From: Bellilinea caldifistulae
Lineage (GTDB): Bacteria > Chloroflexota > Anaerolineae > Anaerolineales > Anaerolineaceae
NCBI RefSeq assembly: GCF_001306055.1
Contig: NZ_LGHJ01000015.1
Location: forward strand, 90,001-122,000
Reading direction: 5' to 3'
Length of the DNA stretch: 32,000 bases
The translations under genes and the position numbers were made by a program. Below are positions 30,705 to 32,000 of this stretch, piece after piece. Below the pieces are notes generated by a model, which was not told the origin of the DNA, ran no database searches, and was given only the letters and a program-made list of their open reading frames with translations. Within the stretch, counting starts at the first letter, position 1. Every line of letters starts with the position of its first letter.

Positions 30705-32000
30705 TTAACTTTTGATCAACGCAAAGGCAATCGTTGCGTGACGGTCATATTGCGATTGTCGTCCGTAACCATCCGTGGCGGTGGCGTAGGTTGAGAGGTT
30801 GACGGCAAAGGCAGCCCCATCGTTACAGGCCGTGCACGAACCGCCCAGATTGCGCAGCAGGTAACTGGCGCTGTTGGCAAAGGCAGCCGGCGGCGGGGGT
30901 GTTAAGGCCGGCGAGCTGGTTGAACCGCTGGTGGAAGCCACTCCACCGCAGAGACCGCGCGAAATCCCCAATCCCCACGTCAGAAAATTGTGGGGATGGC
31001 GGGCAACATACTCCACCGTCACCGGATCGCTCAGCGTGTTGAAGCGCAAAAAGCCGCACGAATCTGCTGTGCCGAGCGGGGTACGTACATTTTGTAACTG
31101 AGCCACCGTGTCGGCGTTGTCCACCCGTACGCGGAAGATCAACTGTCCTTGCGGGGTGATGTTGTTGGAAGTCAGTACGCTGGTGTAGGTGTTGGGGGTG
31201 CTCAGGTCCGGTAAGACGAACTTGAAAGGTCCACTGCCGCCGAGGTTGGAACACGCCACCAGATTACCGCTGGCATCGAACATTTCCAGCAAAAGGGTTA
31301 CCAAACCGGAGCGGCGGGGGAGCACATCGTTGTAAGTAAATGGTGGTAATTTATTGCCGGTGCTGTCGAAGTAGGCAAAGGGGCGGTCGTACGGATCGTT
31401 GATGTTGACCCATCCGTCACCGGGAGAAGGGTCGGGGACCTCATACAGATTGGTGACCCCGTTAACCGTCTTGGGCCCCAGAACCACCGGATTCAGATGA
31501 ATGGTGAGCGGAGAATAGGTGATTGTCATGTAGCGGTGGGTGACGGTGGCATCTATCTGGGTAAAGTCGGCATCGCCTTCGAATTTATACGACCAGCGGT
31601 AATACCGTACATTGCTGAGCGTTTTCAGACGCGGATCAAAGTTCATCTGCAAAGCCAATGTACCGCCCCAGGGGTTAGTACCGTTGACCAGACCGGTTGC
31701 AGCGCTGCTGACCAGCGGGTTGCTTTCCAGGTCGGTGATGTTGCGCAGGTCGGTATTGCCGATGGCCGTTGGCCAGACGTACAACTCATCGCCGGGGATG
31801 GGCCGGTCGGGGTCTTCCAGACAGGCAACTGCCTGCGGGTCGGTCACGGTGATCTGGATGGAGGGTGTACCGTTGTAATTCCAGTAGGTGTTGCAGGAGA
31901 TTGAGGGGCTGTACACCAACCGTTCGCTGCCACCGATGTTCTGAGTGACGCGGAAATACAGGTCGGGTATATCGGATGGGCACCAGAAGCACAATTCTTT
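30705..32000 (-). CDS. Cys-rich hypothetical protein, 5' end outside the window
   Basis: The ORF stays open to the window edge. The listed M at 31994 is a TTG, and the two codons beyond it are also open. The product has 10 Cys, is rich in Asn/Thr/Gly/Pro, looks beta-rich, and has no domain I recognise. Confidence 0.65.
   Translation of the reverse strand, partial: KELCFWCPSDIPDLYFRVTQNIGGSERLVYSPSISCNTYWNYNGTPSIQITVTDPQAVACLEDPDRPIPGDELYVWPTAIGNTDLRNITDLESNPLVSSAATGLVNGTNPWGGTLALQMNFDPRLKTLSNVRYYRWSYKFEGDADFTQIDATVTHRYMTITYSPLTIHLNPVVLGPKTVNGVTNLYEVPDPSPGDGWVNINDPYDRPFAYFDSTGNKLPPFTYNDVLPRRSGLVTLLLEMFDASGNLVACSNLGGSGPFKFVLPDLSTPNTYTSVLTSNNITPQGQLIFRVRVDNADTVAQLQNVRTPLGTADSCGFLRFNTLSDPVTVEYVARHPHNFLTWGLGISRGLCGGVASTSGSTSSPALTPPPPAAFANSASYLLRNLGGSCTACNDGAAFAVNLSTYATATDGYGRQSQYDRHATIAFALIKS

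Overview
GC-rich bacterial chromosomal window with about 31 protein genes and one tRNA. I found no rRNA, CRISPR array, transposase or integrase. The gene content suggests a Chloroflexota (Anaerolineae-like) genome: a SpoVS homologue, a membrane FHA/PP2C pair, TadE/TadG-vWA genes, long Thr/Pro linkers, several GT-C membrane glycosyltransferases and nrfHA. That assignment is inference only. Left to right the window holds: tRNA-Gln(UUG); an ArsR/DUF2087 regulator plus EamA transporter; a minus-strand operon (transmembrane vWA-like/FHA protein, membrane PP2C phosphatase, DUF3267 HExxH protein); a large GT-C glycosyltransferase; a small Gly-zipper peptide; a DsbA-like oxidoreductase; a deoxynucleoside kinase; SpoVS; a sharply AT-rich ~3 kb island with two more GT-C-type membrane glycosyltransferases; an orphan 290-aa protein; a secreted CAP-domain protein; LepB; nrfHA (pentahaem nitrite reductase); an insulated three-gene TadE / TadG-vWA / TadE-PA14-(Thr-X)n module followed by a CPBP protease with a variant catalytic motif; an AlaX-type editing protein; a LuxR-type regulator; a TSUP permease; an ICMT-like methyltransferase plus a ComEC whose metallo-beta-lactamase domain has lost its metal ligands; DUF429; gluconokinase; and a 5'-truncated Cys-rich unknown protein. 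The best novelty candidates are the orphan pseudopilin-adhesin module with its CPBP neighbour (18.5-24 kb), the kinase-less FHA/PP2C/DUF3267 operon, and the AT-rich glycosyltransferase island with the adjacent orphan gene. All functional calls come from motif recognition by eye on the supplied translations. No database search or computation was run.
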